Assembly: GCA_038087875.1 (NCBI GenBank)
Contig: CM075988.1
Location: 5,952,001-6,016,000, forward strand
Origin: Malacoraja senta
Taxonomy: Eukaryota
Direction: 5' to 3'
DNA length: 64,000 nucleotides
The notes under the pieces: generated by a model
The model's input: the letters and a program-made list of their open reading frames with translations, nothing else
Databases searched by the model: none
What the model was told of the DNA's origin: nothing
Shown: positions 61,427 through 64,000 of the stretch, piece after piece
How positions within the stretch are numbered: position 1 is the first letter of the stretch
Layout: every line of letters starts with the position of its first letter
Program-made: the position numbers and the translations under genes

Positions 61427-63845
61427 TATTATGTGGAGTGAATTGTTTATAATGTGATTTTGATTGTGAACTTGAGAACCACTTAAAAGTTACTTTGGAA
61501 ATTGACAAGCAGAAAAAAAAAGCTGTCTGTGATTTAAACAGTAAAGAGGACAAAAAAATTGTTTTCACGTAACCTCCTCGCAGTAATCAGACACCATTGT
61601 CTCATTAAAACGCAGTATGTCAATTTCACTGCAGGGGATCAAGCAATTGCTTCTATTGATATTTGTGCAATGATACTCTGTAAAACAATATACCATACGG
61701 CCTTTTGTATTTTAGCTTGCCGTATCGAAAATAAACGTATTACTCTTGATTTTGAAATCCTGTGGAAAAAATAATTTGGTTATTGTGAGCCAGAAACTCT
61801 CTAGACCCTACCCTTCTTTCCCCAACAAAAACATAATGGTTTTCATAGCACTATTTTCTGTGACACAATGTTTGGCCAACTATAATGCTAAAGTTGTCCA
61901 TGAAACTCTATGCACAAAACCTGTTACTTGCTCCTCACTGAAACTACAACCTTACTGTGTGTGACCTTCCTCACTGTGAAAAGTTGGCCTCAGAAATATC
62001 CCTGCATCTGAGACCTTCGGGGATCTCTACCTGAAATGTCACCTACCCATGTTCTCCAGAGATGCTGCCTGTCCTATTAATTATTCCACTACTTTCAGTC
62101 TTTTTTTTGGTCATGTTTAGGTGGCATGGTGACGCAGCGGTAAAGTTGCTGCCTTACAGCGCCAGTGACCCGGGTTCCATCCTGCCTACGGGTGCTGTCT
62201 GTACAGAGTTTGTACATTCTCCCCGTGACAGCTTGGGTTTTCCCCAGGTGCTCCGGTTTCCTCCCACACTCCAAAGACGTATATGCTCATGGTTAATTGT
62301 CTTTGATAGAATTGCAAATTGTCCCTAATGTGTAGGATAGTGTTGGTGTATGGGGATCGCTGGTCGGTGAGGAGTCGGTAGGCCGAAGGACCTGTTTCGA
62401 CATTGTATCTCTCAACTGAACTAAACTAAACTAAACTAAACTAAACTAAACTAAACAAGATCTCAAGTGGCCAACTCTTGCTTCTCTCTCTTGTGTTCTT
62501 ATGTTCTCAGTTAAGTACAGAGCCTCTTCAGTCTGCTCTCTCCCTGCCTTGCCAAGCTCTGTCAGTACCTGGGGACACGTGGGGTGAGCAGGGCAGCAAG
62601 CTTTTACACCTTATATATTGTTACATGATAAAACCATTTTGCTTCACTGTTTTCTTTTTACTAATACTTTTATTCATAAAACAAAAACAGACATACAGAC
62701 TATTAACACGACCAAAGGCTGCCTATATTGGCAGTTAACAAACAGACAGTCATCAAATTAATATATCACCAACTTTATCAATAATACACTCAACCTCCCG
62801 TGGCCTCCAGAGTCCCCGTGGACAGTGCATGTTCCCTCTCCAAGGACACGCGGGCACGATTTTGCTTCACCGTGGGAGTGGACCAGCAGGTCAGTAATGT
62901 AGAAACAAGTGGCTCAATTATTGATGCTTTCATCTTAGAATCTTTCAGCAGGTGGGAGTTAGGATTAGAAACTCAATCTGTAACAAACTCCTCTCTACTG
63001 TGTGAATTATTCAGTTCACCGGTCCATCACATCAAGCATATCAGACCTCTGTTCTTTTATAAATCTGTTTTTGTGCTCTTGACAATGTTTCTGTGTGTTT
63101 GCTATTGTCTAATGACTTCTTAAGTTCCATTCAGATGCTAAATTCGAGTGGTACATCGTGAAGGGTCTAAATTCATCCCTGTCCTTTCAGCCCATGAATG
63201 ATGGATATCTATATCTGACAAATATCTACGATAAAACAATACTCGCTGGTGGTTTATGTCCATAGTATGTTTAGATGCTACCCATCCTATTTCTCCAGAG
63301 ATGCTGCCTGACCAGCTGAGTTACTCCAGCGCTTTGTGTCTATCTTTGACATCTCGCTTAGATGCTCAGTCACTTAGTCATTCAGTCACTCCATCCTCAA
63401 AATGACAAAGAGAAAGATGATCCTTGCACAGCAACATGATCACCATCGACGGGTAATTATCATCGGATATATATTCAGTTGGAGTTCACTGGTCCAAGTG
63501 GAAATGCCTGATTTCCAGTGCCATGTGAAACCTCTCACATACCCTACTCCATTCCTCCTGGACCACGATCGTGGTTTAAATTAATATTGTTGCTTCTACA
63601 CCATCATGTTTTAAAGCCCTGGATCACATCATCGTCTCAAGCTCCTCTCCTGCTTTGCGAAGGCAAGATTCCCTCCCCTGCTGTCAAAGCAAGAATGAAA
63701 CGATTGAATATTTAAAGCAACTTATCATTTCATGAAGAGGCTTACAAAATAATTAATGATGACAGTGCTGGGGAGTCTGATGAACAGCTTCAAGCATTAC
63801 ATTCTCTTCCACAAAAAACATACTCATTTGTTTTCACTTTCTTGT

Positions 63846-64000
63846 TTAAGAAGGAACTGCAGATGCTGGAAAATCGAAGGTAGACAAAATTGCTGGAGAA
63901 ACTCAGCGGGTGCAGCAGCATCTATGGAGCGAAGGAAATAGGCAATGTTTCGGGCCGAAACGTTGCCTATTACCTTCGCTCCATAGATGCTGCTGCACCC
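63846..64000. mobile_element. Palindromic pair of Penelope-like terminal-repeat fragments
   Basis: Near-perfect inverted repeat centred on gtttcgggccgaaac; similar pairs at 570-705, 1425-1600, 1780-2010, 5820-6020, 21478-21670, 23020-23250. Confidence 0.7.

Overview
Repeat-dense eukaryotic (vertebrate) DNA, most likely from a cartilaginous fish (skate/ray). This is inferred from HE1-like tRNA-derived V-SINEs with CR1-type tails and a GPR139/142-like receptor of the type expanded in chondrichthyans. Most of the window is transposon debris: CR1, L2, Rex1/Babar-like, L1 and Tx1 LINEs, Penelope-like fragments with hammerhead-like motifs, PIF/Harbinger-like MITEs, a hAT-like element, a non-autonomous Helitron and a solo LTR. 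Supported host genes: (i) several + strand exons of a KRAP/IP3R-binding family gene (ITPRID2/TESPA1-like, 18.3-33.2 kb) with single-base indels; (ii) the main coding exon of a class A GPCR (59.0-59.9 kb); (iii) a TATA-preceded signal-peptide exon on the - strand (1.1 kb) and several weaker - strand exon candidates. There is a 200-N gap and a near-identical 1,596-bp tandem duplication. The most unusual signal is a ~180-bp-arm inverted repeat (50.83-51.21 kb) inside a TIR-bounded element: one arm carries massive, one-directional A-to-G changes, resembling ADAR hyper-editing fixed in DNA, and would fold as a G-U-rich hairpin only on the + strand. All alignments were done by eye and no database searches were run.
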